Source of the DNA: Eledone cirrhosa
Taxonomy: Eukaryota
Reading direction: 5' to 3'
Assembly (NCBI GenBank): GCA_964016885.1
Contig: OZ024740.1
Location: forward strand, 363,134,001 to 363,198,000
Length of the DNA: 64,000 nt
In this document: positions 10,801 through 23,470 of the stretch, piece by piece
How the letters are laid out: each line of letters starts with the position of its first letter
How positions within the stretch are numbered: position 1 is the stretch's first letter
The notes under the pieces: model-generated
The model's input: the letters and a program-made list of their open reading frames with translations, nothing else
Databases searched by the model: none
Told to the model about the DNA's origin: nothing
Made by a program: the position numbers and the translations under genes

Positions 10801-13180
10801 CGAGTGTGGAGTTGGGTGGAATGGTTGGTGAATAGAAGGGATCGAGTGTGGAGTTGGGTGGAATGGTTGGTGAACAGAAGTGATCGAGTGTGGAGTTGGG
10901 TGGAATGGTTGGTGAACTGAAGTGATCTTGTGAGGAGTTGGGTGGAATGGTTGGTGAATAGAAGTGATCGAGTGTGGAGTTGGGTGGAATGGTTGGTAAA
11001 CAGAAGTGATCGAGTGCGGAGTTGGGTGGAATGGTTGGTGAACTGAAGTGATCTTGTGAGGAGTTGGGTGGAATGGTTGGTGAACAGAAGTGATCGAGTA
11101 TGGAGTTGGGTGGAATGGTTGGTGAACAGAAGTGATCGAGTGTGGAGTTGGGTGGAATGGTTGGTGAACAGAAGTGATCGAGTGTGGAGTTGGGTGGAAT
11201 GGTTGGTGAACAGAAGTGATCGAGTGTGGAGTTGGGTGGAATGGTTGGTGAATAGAAGTGATCGAGAGAGGAGTTGGGTGGAATGGTTGGTGAACAGAAG
11301 TGTTCGAGTGAGGAGTTGGGTGGAATGGTTGGTGATCGAGTGAGGAGTTGGGTGGAATGGTTGGTGAACAGAAGTGATCGTGTGAGGAGTTGGGTGGAAT
11401 GGTTGGTGAACAGAAGTGATCGAGTGTGGAGTTGGGTGGAATGGTTGGTGAACAGAAGTGATCGAGTGTGGAGTTGGGTGGAATGGTTGGTGATCGAGTG
11501 AGGAGTTGGGTGGAGTGGTTGGTGAACAGAAGTGATCTTGTGAGGAGTTGGGTGGAATGGTTGGTGAACAGAAGTGATCGAGTGTGGAGTTGGGTGGAAT
11601 GGTTGGTGAATAGAAGTGATCTAGTGAGGAGTTGGGTGGAATGGTTGGTGAACAGAAGTGATCGTGTGAAGAGTTGGGTGGAATGGTTGGTGAACAGAAG
11701 TGATCGAGTGAGGAGTTGGGTGGAATGGTTGGTGAACAGAAGTGATCGAGTGAGGAGTTGGGTGGAATGGTTGGTGAACAGAAGTGATCTTGTGAGGAGT
11801 TGGGTGGAATGGTTGGTGAACAGAAGTGATCGTGTGAGGAGTTGGGTGGAATGGTTGGTGAATAGAAGTGATCGAGTGAGGAGTTGGGTGGAATGGTTGG
11901 TGAATAGAAGTGATCGAGTGTGGAGTTGGGTGCAATGGTTGGTGAACAGAAGTGATCGTGTGAGGAGTTGGGTGGAATGGTTGGTGAACAGAAGTGATCG
12001 AGTGAGGAGTTGGGTGGAATGGTTGGTGAACAGAAGTGATCGAGTGAGGAGTTGGGTGGAATGGTTGGTGAACAGAAGTGATCGAGTGAGGAGTTGGGTG
12101 GAATGGTTGGTGAATAGAAGTGATCGAGTGTGGAGTTGGGTGGAATGGTTGGTGAACAGAAGTGATCCAGTGAGGAGTTGGGTGGAATGGTTGGTGAATA
12201 GAAGTGATCGAGTGAGGAGTTGGGTGGAATGGTTGGTGAGCAGAAGTGATCGAGTGTGGAGTTGGGTGGAATGGTTTGTGAACAGAAGTGATCGAGTGAG
12301 GAGTTGGGTGGAATGGTTGGTGAATAGAAGTGATCGAATGAGGAGTTGGGTGGAATGGTTGGTGAACAGAAGTGATCGAGTGTGGAGTTGGGTGGAATGG
12401 TTGGTGAACAGAAGTGATCGAGTGTGGAGTTGGGTGGAATGGTTGGTGAACAGAAGTGATCGAGTGAGGACTTGGGTGGAATGGTTGGTGAACAGAAGTG
12501 ATCGAGTGAGGAGTTGGGTGGAATGGTTGGTGAACAGAAGTGATCGAGTGAGGAGTTGGGTGGAATGGTTGGTGAATAGAAGTGATCGAGTGAGGAGTTG
12601 GGTGGAATGGTTGGTGAACAGAAGTGATCGAGTGAGGAGTTGGGTGGAATGGTTGGTGAACAGAAGTGATCGAGTGAGGAGTTGGGTGGAATGGTTGGTG
12701 AACAGAAGTGATCGAGTGAGGAGTTGGGTGGAATGGTTGGTGAACAGAAGTGATCGAGTGAGGAGTTGGGTGGAATGGTTGGTGAATAGAAGTGATCGAG
12801 TGAGGAGTTGGGTGGAATGGTTGGTGAACAGAAGTGATCGAGTGAGGAGTTGGGTGGAATGGTTGGTGAACAGAAGTGATCGAGTGAGGAGTTGGGTGGA
12901 ATGGTTGGTGAACAGAAGTGATCGAGTATGGAGTTGGGTGGAATGGTTGGTGAATAGAAGTGATCGAGTGAGGAGTTGGGTGGAATGGTTGGTGAATAGA
13001 AGTGATCGAGTGAGGAGTTGGGTGGAATGGTTGGTGAACAGAAGTGATCGAGTATGGAGTTGGGTGGAATGGTTGGTGAACAGAAGTGATCGAGTGAGGA
13101 GTTGGGTGGAATGGTTGGTGAATAGAAGTGATCGAGTGAGGAGTTGGGTGGAATGGTTGGTGAACAGAAGTGATCGAGTG
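7890..13180. repeat. Higher-order tandem duplication within the satellite, offset 2668 bp (2626 bp after a one-monomer difference)
   Basis: Rare variants recur at +2668 (GATCTAG 8953/11621; ORF-track breaks 8388/11056, 8800/11468). GGTGCAAT recurs at 9307/11933 (+2626). Boundaries are approximate. Confidence 0.88.
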
Positions 13181-16100
13181 AGGAGTTGGGTGGAATGGTT
13201 GGTGAACAGAAGTGATCGAGTGAGGAGTTGGGTGGAATGGTTGGTGAACAGAAGTGATCGAGTGAGGAGTTGGGTTGAATGGTTGGTGAATAGAAGTGAT
13301 CGAGTGAGGAGTTGGGTGGAATGGTTGGTGAACAGAAGTGATCGAGTGTGGAGTTGGGTGGAATGGTTGGTGAACAGAAGTGATCGAGTGAGGAGTTGGG
13401 TGGAATGGTTGGTGAACTGAAGTGATCGAGTGAGATGTTGGGTGGAATGGTTGGTGAACAGAAGTGATCGAGTGAGGAGTTGGGTGGAATGGTTGGTGAA
13501 TAGAAGTGATCGAGTGTGGAGTTGGGTGGAATGGTTGGTGAACTGAAGTGATCGAATGAGATGTTGGGTGGAATGGTTGGTGAACAGAAGTGATCGAGTG
13601 AGGAGTTGGGTGGAATGGTTGGTGAACAGAAGTGATCGTGTGAGGAGTTGGGTGGAATGGTTGGTGAATAGAAGTGATCGAGTGAGGAGTTGGGTGGAAT
13701 AGTTGGTGAACTGAAGTGATCGAGTGAGATGTTGGGTGGAATGGTTGGTGAACAGAAGTGATCGAGTGAGGAGTTGGGTGGAATGGTTGGTGAATAGAAG
13801 TGATCGAGTGAGGAGTTGGGTGGAATGGTTGGTGAACAGAAGTGATCGTGTGAGGAGTTGGGTGGAATGGTTGGTGAACAGAAGTGATCGAGTGAGATGT
13901 TGGGTGGAATGGTTGGTGAACAGAAATGATCGTGTGAGGAGTTGGGTGGAATGGTTGGTGAATAGAAGTGATCGAGTGAGGAGTTGGGTGGAATGGTTGG
14001 TGAACAGAAGTGATCGTGTGAGGAGTTGGGTGGAATGGTTGGTGAATAGAAGTGATCGTGTGAGGAGTTGGGTGGCATGGTTGGTGTACAGAAGTGATCG
14101 TGTGAGGAGTTGGGTGGAATGGTTGGTGAACAGAAGTGATCGAGTGAGATGTTGGGTGGAATGGTTGGTGAACAGAAGTGATCGTGTGAGGAGTTGGGTG
14201 GAATGGTTGGTGAATAGAAGTGATCGAGTGAGGAGATGGGTGGAATGGTTGGTGAACAGAAGTGATCGTGTGAGGAGTTGGGTGGAATGGTTGGTGAATA
14301 GACGTGATCGTGTGAGGAGTTGGGTGGAATGGTTGGTGAACAGAAGTGATCGTGTGAGGAGTTGGGTGGAATGGTTGGTGAACAGAAGTGATCGTGTGAG
14401 GAGTTGGGTGGAATGGTTGGTGAATAGAAGTGATCGAGTGAGGAGTTGGGTGGAATGGTTGGTGAACAGAAGTGATCGTGTGAGGAGTTGGGTGGAATGG
14501 TTGGTGAATAGAAGTGATCGAGTGAGGAGTTGGGTGGAATGGTTGGTGAACAGAAGTGATCGAGTGAGATGTTGGGTGGAATGGTTGGTGAACAGAAGTG
14601 ATCGAGTGAGGAGTTGGGTGGAATGGTTGGTGAATAGAAGTGATCGAGTGAGGAGTTGGGTGGAATGGTTGGTGAACAGAAGTGATCGTGTGAGGAGTTG
14701 GGTGGAATGGTTGGTGAACAGAAGTGATCGAGTGAGATGTTGGGTGGAATGGTTGGTGAACAGAAGTGATCGTGTGAGTAGTTGGGTGGAATGGTTGGTG
14801 AAATGAAGTGATCGAGTGAGATGTTGGGTGGAATGGTTGGTGAACAGAAGTGATCGAGTGAGGAGTTGGGTGGAATGGTTGGTGATCGAGTGAGGAGTTG
14901 GGTGGAATGGTTGGTGAACAGAAGTGATCTTGTGAGGAGTTGGGTGGAATGGTTGGTGAACAGAAGTGATCGTGTGAGGAGTTGGGTGGAATGGTTGGTG
15001 AACAGAAGTGACCGTGTGAGGAGTTGGGTGGAATGGTTGGTGAATAGAAGTGATCGAGTGAGGAGTTGGGTGGAATGGTTGGTGAATAGAAGTGATCGAG
15101 TGAGGAGTTGGGTGGAATGGTTGGTGAACAGAAGTGATCGAGTATGGAGTTGGGTGGAATGGTTGGTGAACAGAAGTGATCGAGTGAGGAGTTGGGTGGA
15201 ATGGTTGGTGAATAGAAGTAATCGAGTGAGGAGTTGGGTGGAATGGTTGGTGAACAGAAGTGATCGAGTGAGGAGTTGGGTGGAATGGTTGGTGAACAGA
15301 AGTGATCGAGTGAGGAGTTGGGTGGAATGGTTGGTGAACAGAAGTGATCGAGTGAGGAGTTGGGTGGAATGGTTGGTGAATAGAAGTGATCGAGTGAGGA
15401 GTTGGGTGGAATGGTTGGTGAACAGAAGTGATCGAGTGTGGAGTTGGGTGGAATGGTTGGTGAACAGAAGTGATCGAGTGAGGAGTTGGGTGGAATGGTT
15501 GGTGAATAGAAGTGATCGAGTGTGGAGTTGGGTGGAATGGTTGGTGAACTGAAGTGATCGAATGAGATGTTGGGTGGAATGGTTGGTGAACAGAAGTGAT
15601 CGAGTGAGGAGTTGGGTGGAATGGTTGGTGAACAGAAGTGATCGTGTGAGGAGTTGGGTGGAATGGTTGGTGAATAGAAGTGATCGAGTGAGGAGTTGGG
15701 TGGAATAGTTGGTGAACTGAAGTGATCGAGTGAGATGTTGGGTGGAATGGTTGGTGAACAGAAGTGATCGAGTGAGGAGTTGGGTGGAATGGTTGGTGAA
15801 TAGAAGTGATCGAGTGAGGAGTTGGGTGGAATGGTTGGTGAACAGAAGTGATCGTGTGAGGAGTTGGGTGGAATGGTTGGTGAACAGAAGTGATCGAGTG
15901 AGATGTTGGGTGGAATGGTTGGTGAATAGAAGTGATCGAGTGAGGAGTTGGGTGGAATGGTTGGTGAATAGACGTGATCGTGTGAGGAGTTGGGTGGAAT
16001 GGTTGGTGAGCAGAAGTGATCGAGTGTGGAGTTGGGTGGAATGGTTGGTGAACAGAAGTGATCGAGAGAGGAGTTGGGTGGAATGGTTGGTGAATAGAAG

Positions 16101-19100
16101 TGATCGAATGAGGAGTTGGGTGGAATGGTTGGTGAACAGAAGTGATCGAGTGTGGAGTTGGGTGGAATGGTTGGTGAACAGAAGTGATCGAGTGTGGAGT
16201 TGGGTGGAATGGTTGGTGAACAGAAGTGATCGAGTGAGGACTTGGGTGGAATGGTTGGTGAACAGAAGTGATCGAGTGAGGAGTTGGGTGGAATGGTTGG
16301 TGATCGAGTGAGGAGTTGGGTGGAATGGTTGGTGAACAGAAGTGATCTTGTGAGGAGTTGGGTGGAATGGTTGGTGAACAGAAGTGATCGTGTGAGGAGT
16401 TGGGTGGAATGGTTGGTGAACAGAAGTGACCGTGTGAGGAGTTGGGTGGAATGGTTGGTGAATAGAAGTGATCGAGTGAGGAGTTCGGTGGAATGGTTGG
16501 TGAATAGAAGTGATCGAGTGAGGAGTTGGGTGGAATGGTTGGTGAACAGAAGTGATCGAGTATGGAGTTGGGTGGAATGGTTGGTGAACAGAAGTGATCG
16601 AGTGAGGAGTTGGGTGGAATGGTTGGTGAATAGAAGTAATCGAGTGAGGAGTTGGGTGGAATGGTTGGTGAACAGAAGTGATCGAGTGAGGAGTTGGGTG
16701 GAATGGTTGGTGAACAGAAGTGATCGAGTGAGGAGTTGGGTGGAATGGTTGGTGAACAGAAGTGATCGAGTGAGGAGTTGGGTGGAATGGTTGGTGAATA
16801 GAAGTGATCGAGTGAGGAGTTGGGTGGAATGGTTGGTGAACAGAAGTGATCGAGTGTGGAGTTGGGTGGAATGGTTGGTGAACAGAAGTGATCGAGTGAG
16901 GAGTTGGGTGGAATGGTTGGTGAATAGAAGTGATCGAGTGTGGAGTTGGGTGGAATGGTTGGTGAACTGAAGTGATCGAATGAGATGTTGGGTGGAATGG
17001 TTGGTGAACAGAAGTGATCGAGTGAGGAGTTGGGTGGAATGGTTGGTGAACAGAAGTGATCGTGTGAGGAGTTGGGTGGAATGGTTGGTGAATAGAAGTG
17101 ATCGAGTGAGGAGTTGGGTGGAATAGTTGGTGAACTGAAGTGATCGAGTGAGATGTTGGGTGGAATGGTTGGTGAACAGAAGTGATCGAGTGAGGAGTTG
17201 GGTGGAATGGTTGGTGAATAGAAGTGATCGAGTGAGGAGTTGGGTGGAATGGTTGGTGAACAGAAGTGATCGTGTGAGGAGTTGGGTGGAATGGTTGGTG
17301 AACAGAAGTGATCGAGTGAGATGTTGGGTGGAATGGTTGGTGAACAGAAATGATCGTGTGAGGAGTTGGGTGGAATGGTTGGTGAATAGAAGTGATCGAG
17401 TGAGGAGTTGGGTGGAATGGTTGGTGAATAGACGTGATCGTGTGAGGAGTTGGGTGGAATGGTTGGTGAGCAGAAGTGATCGAGTGTGGAGTTGGGTGGA
17501 ATGGTTGGTGAACAGAAGTGATCGAGTGAGGAGTTGGGTGGAATGGTTGGTGAATAGAAGTGATCGAGTGAGGAGTTGGGTGGAATGGTTGGTGAACAGA
17601 AGTGATCGAGTGAGGAGTTGGGTGGAATGGTTGGTGAACAGAAGTGATCGAGTGAGGAGTTGGGTGGAATGGTTGGTGAACAGAAGTGATCGAGTGAGGA
17701 GTTGGGTGGAATGGTTGGTGAACAGAAATGATCGTGTGAGGAGTTGGGTGGAATGGTTGGTGAACAGAAGTGATCGAGTGTGGAGTTGGGTGGAATGGTT
17801 GGTGAATAGAAGTGATCGAGTGAGGAGTTGGGTGGAATGGTTGGTGAACAGAAGTGATCGTGTGAGGAGTTGGGTGGAATGGTTGGTGAACAGAAGTGAT
17901 CGAGTGAGATGTTGGGTGGAATGGTTGGTGAACAGAAATGATCGTGTGAGGAGTTGGGTGGAATGGTTGGTGAATAGAAGTGATCGAGTGAGGAGTTGGG
18001 TGGAATGGTTGGTGAATAGAAGTGATCGAGTGAGGAGTTGGGTGGAATGGTTGGTGAATAGACGTGATCGTGTGAGGAGTTGGGTGGAATGGTTGGTGAA
18101 CAGAAGTGATCGAGTGAGGAGTTGGGTGGAATGGTTGGTGAATAGAAGTGATCGAGTGAGGAGTTGGGTGGAATGGTTGGTGAACAGAAGTGATCGAGTG
18201 AGGAGTTGGGTGGAATGGTTGGTGAACAGAAGTGATCGAGTGAGGAGTTGGGTGGAATGGTTGGTGAACAGAAGTGATCGAGTATGGAGTTGGGTGGAAT
18301 GGTTGGTGAATAGAAGTGATCGAGTGAGGAGTTGGGTGGAATGGTTGGTGAATAGAAGTGATCGAGTGAGGAGTTGGGTGGAATGGTTGGTGAACAGAAG
18401 TGATCGAGTATGGAGTTGGGTGGAATGGTTGGTGAACAGAAGTGATCGAGTGAGGAGTTGGGTGGAATGGTTGGTGAATAGAAGTGATCGAGTGAGGAGT
18501 TGGGTGGAATGGTTGGTGAACAGAAGTGATCGAGTGAGGAGTTGGGTGGAATGGTTGGTGAACAGAAGTGATCGAGTGAGGAGTTGGGTGGAATGGTTGG
18601 TGAACAGAAGTGATCGAGTGAGGAGTTGGGTTGAATGGTTGGTGAATAGAAGTGATCGAGTGAGGAGTTGGGTGGAATGGTTGGTGAACAGAAGTGATCG
18701 AGTGTGGAGTTGGGTGGAATGGTTGGTGAACAGAAGTGATCGAGTGAGGAGTTGGGTGGAATGGTTGGTGAACTGAAGTGATCGAGTGAGATGTTGGGTG
18801 GAATGGTTGGTGAACAGAAGTGATCGAGTGAGGAGTTGGGTGGAATGGTTGGTGAATAGAAGTGATCGAGTGTGGAGTTGGGTGGAATGGTTGGTGAACT
18901 GAAGTGATCGAATGAGATGTTGGGTGGAATGGTTGGTGAACAGAAGTGATCGAGTGAGGAGTTGGGTGGAATGGTTGGTGAACAGAAGTGATCGTGTGAG
19001 GAGTTGGGTGGAATGGTTGGTGAATAGAAGTGATCGAGTGAGGAGTTGGGTGGAATAGTTGGTGAACTGAAGTGATCGAGTGAGATGTTGGGTGGAATGG

Positions 19101-22100
19101 TTGGTGAACAGAAGTGATCGAGTGAGGAGTTGGGTGGAATGGTTGGTGAATAGAAGTGATCGAGTGAGGAGTTGGGTGGAATGGTTGGTGAACAGAAGTG
19201 ATCGTGTGAGGAGTTGGGTGGAATGGTTGGTGAACAGAAGTGATCGAGTGAGATGTTGGGTGGAATGGTTGGTGAACAGAAATGATCGTGTGAGGAGTTG
19301 GGTGGAATGGTTGGTGAATAGAAGTGATCGAGTGAGGAGTTGGGTGGAATGGTTGGTGAACAGAAGTGATCGTGTGAGGAGTTGGGTGGAATGGTTGGTG
19401 AATAGAAGTGATCGTGTGAGGAGTTGGGTGGCATGGTTGGTGTACAGAAGTGATCGTGTGAGGAGTTGGGTGGAATGGTTGGTGAACAGAAGTGATCGAG
19501 TGAGATGTTGGGTGGAATGGTTGGTGAACAGAAGTGATCGTGTGAGGAGTTGGGTGGAATGGTTGGTGAATAGAAGTGATCGAGTGAGGAGATGGGTGGA
19601 ATGGTTGGTGAACAGAAGTGATCGTGTGAGGAGTTGGGTGGAATGGTTGGTGAATAGACGTGATCGTGTGAGGAGTTGGGTGGAATGGTTGGTGAACAGA
19701 AGTGATCGTGTGAGGAGTTGGGTGGAATGGTTGGTGAACAGAAGTGATCGTGTGAGGAGTTGGGTGGAATGGTTGGTGAATAGAAGTGATCGAGTGAGGA
19801 GTTGGGTGGAATGGTTGGTGAACAGAAGTGATCGTGTGAGGAGTTGGGTGGAATGGTTGGTGAATAGAAGTGATCGAGTGAGGAGTTGGGTGGAATGGTT
19901 GGTGAACAGAAGTGATCGAGTGAGATGTTGGGTGGAATGGTTGGTGAACAGAAGTGATCGAGTGAGGAGTTGGGTGGAATGGTTGGTGAATAGAAGTGAT
20001 CGAGTGAGGAGTTGGGTGGAATGGTTGGTGAACAGAAGTGATCGTGTGAGGAGTTGGGTGGAATGGTTGGTGAACAGAAGTGATCGAGTGAGATGTTGGG
20101 TGGAATGGTTGGTGAACAGAAGTGATCGTGTGAGTAGTTGGGTGGAATGGTTGGTGAAATGAAGTGATCGAGTGAGATGTTGGGTGGAATGGTTGGTGAA
20201 CAGAAGTGATCGAGTGAGGAGTTGGGTGGAATGGTTGGTGATCGAGTGAGGAGTTGGGTGGAATGGTTGGTGAACAGAAGTGATCTTGTGAGGAGTTGGG
20301 TGGAATGGTTGGTGAACAGAAGTGATCGTGTGAGGAGTTGGGTGGAATGGTTGGTGAACAGAAGTGACCGTGTGAGGAGTTGGGTGGAATGGTTGGTGAA
20401 TAGAAGTGATCGAGTGAGGAGTTGGGTGGAATGGTTGGTGAATAGAAGTGATCGAGTGAGGAGTTGGGTGGAATGGTTGGTGAACAGAAGTGATCGAGTA
20501 TGGAGTTGGGTGGAATGGTTGGTGAACAGAAGTGATCGAGTGAGGAGTTGGGTGGAATGGTTGGTGAATAGAAGTAATCGAGTGAGGAGTTGGGTGGAAT
20601 GGTTGGTGAACAGAAGTGATCGAGTGAGGAGTTGGGTGGAATGGTTGGTGAACAGAAGTGATCGAGTGAGGAGTTGGGTGGAATGGTTGGTGAACAGAAG
20701 TGATCGAGTGAGGAGTTGGGTGGAATGGTTGGTGAATAGAAGTGATCGAGTGAGGAGTTGGGTGGAATGGTTGGTGAACAGAAGTGATCGAGTGTGGAGT
20801 TGGGTGGAATGGTTGGTGAACAGAAGTGATCGAGTGAGGAGTTGGGTGGAATGGTTGGTGAATAGAAGTGATCGAGTGTGGAGTTGGGTGGAATGGTTGG
20901 TGAACTGAAGTGATCGAATGAGATGTTGGGTGGAATGGTTGGTGAACAGAAGTGATCGAGTGAGGAGTTGGGTGGAATGGTTGGTGAACAGAAGTGATCG
21001 TGTGAGGAGTTGGGTGGAATGGTTGGTGAATAGAAGTGATCGAGTGAGGAGTTGGGTGGAATAGTTGGTGAACTGAAGTGATCGAGTGAGATGTTGGGTG
21101 GAATGGTTGGTGAACAGAAGTGATCGAGTGAGGAGTTGGGTGGAATGGTTGGTGAATAGAAGTGATCGAGTGAGGAGTTGGGTGGAATGGTTGGTGAACA
21201 GAAGTGATCGTGTGAGGAGTTGGGTGGAATGGTTGGTGAACAGAAGTGATCGAGTGAGATGTTGGGTGGAATGGTTGGTGAATAGAAGTGATCGAGTGAG
21301 GAGTTGGGTGGAATGGTTGGTGAATAGACGTGATCGTGTGAGGAGTTGGGTGGAATGGTTGGTGAGCAGAAGTGATCGAGTGTGGAGTTGGGTGGAATGG
21401 TTGGTGAACAGAAGTGATCGAGAGAGGAGTTGGGTGGAATGGTTGGTGAATAGAAGTGATCGAATGAGGAGTTGGGTGGAATGGTTGGTGAACAGAAGTG
21501 ATCGAGTGTGGAGTTGGGTGGAATGGTTGGTGAACAGAAGTGATCGAGTGTGGAGTTGGGTGGAATGGTTGGTGAACAGAAGTGATCGAGTGAGGACTTG
21601 GGTGGAATGGTTGGTGAACAGAAGTGATCGAGTGAGGAGTTGGGTGGAATGGTTGGTGATCGAGTGAGGAGTTGGGTGGAATGGTTGGTGAACAGAAGTG
21701 ATCTTGTGAGGAGTTGGGTGGAATGGTTGGTGAACAGAAGTGATCGTGTGAGGAGTTGGGTGGAATGGTTGGTGAACAGAAGTGACCGTGTGAGGAGTTG
21801 GGTGGAATGGTTGGTGAATAGAAGTGATCGAGTGAGGAGTTCGGTGGAATGGTTGGTGAATAGAAGTGATCGAGTGAGGAGTTGGGTGGAATGGTTGGTG
21901 AACAGAAGTGATCGAGTATGGAGTTGGGTGGAATGGTTGGTGAACAGAAGTGATCGAGTGAGGAGTTGGGTGGAATGGTTGGTGAATAGAAGTAATCGAG
22001 TGAGGAGTTGGGTGGAATGGTTGGTGAACAGAAGTGATCGAGTGAGGAGTTGGGTGGAATGGTTGGTGAACAGAAGTGATCGAGTGAGGAGTTGGGTGGA

Positions 22101-23470
22101 ATGGTTGGTGAACAGAAGTGATCGAGTGAGGAGTTGGGTGGAATGGTTGGTGAATAGAAGTGATCGAGTGAGGAGTTGGGTGGAATGGTTGGTGAACAGA
22201 AGTGATCGAGTGTGGAGTTGGGTGGAATGGTTGGTGAACAGAAGTGATCGAGTGAGGAGTTGGGTGGAATGGTTGGTGAATAGAAGTGATCGAGTGTGGA
22301 GTTGGGTGGAATGGTTGGTGAACTGAAGTGATCGAATGAGATGTTGGGTGGAATGGTTGGTGAACAGAAGTGATCGAGTGAGGAGTTGGGTGGAATGGTT
22401 GGTGAACAGAAGTGATCGTGTGAGGAGTTGGGTGGAATGGTTGGTGAATAGAAGTGATCGAGTGAGGAGTTGGGTGGAATAGTTGGTGAACTGAAGTGAT
22501 CGAGTGAGATGTTGGGTGGAATGGTTGGTGAACAGAAGTGATCGAGTGAGGAGTTGGGTGGAATGGTTGGTGAATAGAAGTGATCGAGTGAGGAGTTGGG
22601 TGGAATGGTTGGTGAACAGAAGTGATCGTGTGAGGAGTTGGGTGGAATGGTTGGTGAACAGAAGTGATCGAGTGAGATGTTGGGTGGAATGGTTGGTGAA
22701 CAGAAATGATCGTGTGAGGAGTTGGGTGGAATGGTTGGTGAATAGAAGTGATCGAGTGAGGAGTTGGGTGGAATGGTTGGTGAATAGACGTGATCGTGTG
22801 AGGAGTTGGGTGGAATGGTTGGTGAGCAGAAGTGATCGAGTGTGGAGTTGGGTGGAATGGTTGGTGAACAGAAGTGATCGAGTGAGGAGTTGGGTGGAAT
22901 GGTTGGTGAATAGAAGTGATCGAGTGAGGAGTTGGGTGGAATGGTTGGTGAACAGAAGTGATCGAGTGAGGAGTTGGGTGGAATGGTTGGTGAACAGAAG
23001 TGATCGAGTGAGGAGTTGGGTGGAATGGTTGGTGAACAGAAGTGATCGAGTGAGGAGTTGGGTGGAATGGTTGGTGAACAGAAATGATCGTGTGAGGAGT
23101 TGGGTGGAATGGTTGGTGAACAGAAGTGATCGAGTGTGGAGTTGGGTGGAATGGTTGGTGAATAGAAGTGATCGAGTGAGGAGTTGGGTGGAATGGTTGG
23201 TGAACAGAAGTGATCGTGTGAGGAGTTGGGTGGAATGGTTGGTGAACAGAAGTGATCGAGTGAGATGTTGGGTGGAATGGTTGGTGAACAGAAATGATCG
23301 TGTGAGGAGTTGGGTGGAATGGTTGGTGAATAGAAGTGATCGAGTGAGGAGTTGGGTGGAATGGTTGGTGAATAGAAGTGATCGAGTGAGGAGTTGGGTG
23401 GAATGGTTGGTGAATAGACGTGATCGTGTGAGGAGTTGGGTGGAATGGTTGGTGAACAGAAGTGATCGAG
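12720..23470. repeat. Higher-order tandem duplication, offset 5356 bp, each copy containing a nested 1418-bp duplication
   Basis: GGGTTGAAT at 13275/18631. ORF-track pairs 13724/19080, 14866/20222, 15730/21086, 16284/21640, 17148/22504. Nested pairs 14866/16284 and 15730/17148 (+1418). Boundaries are approximate. Confidence 0.9.
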
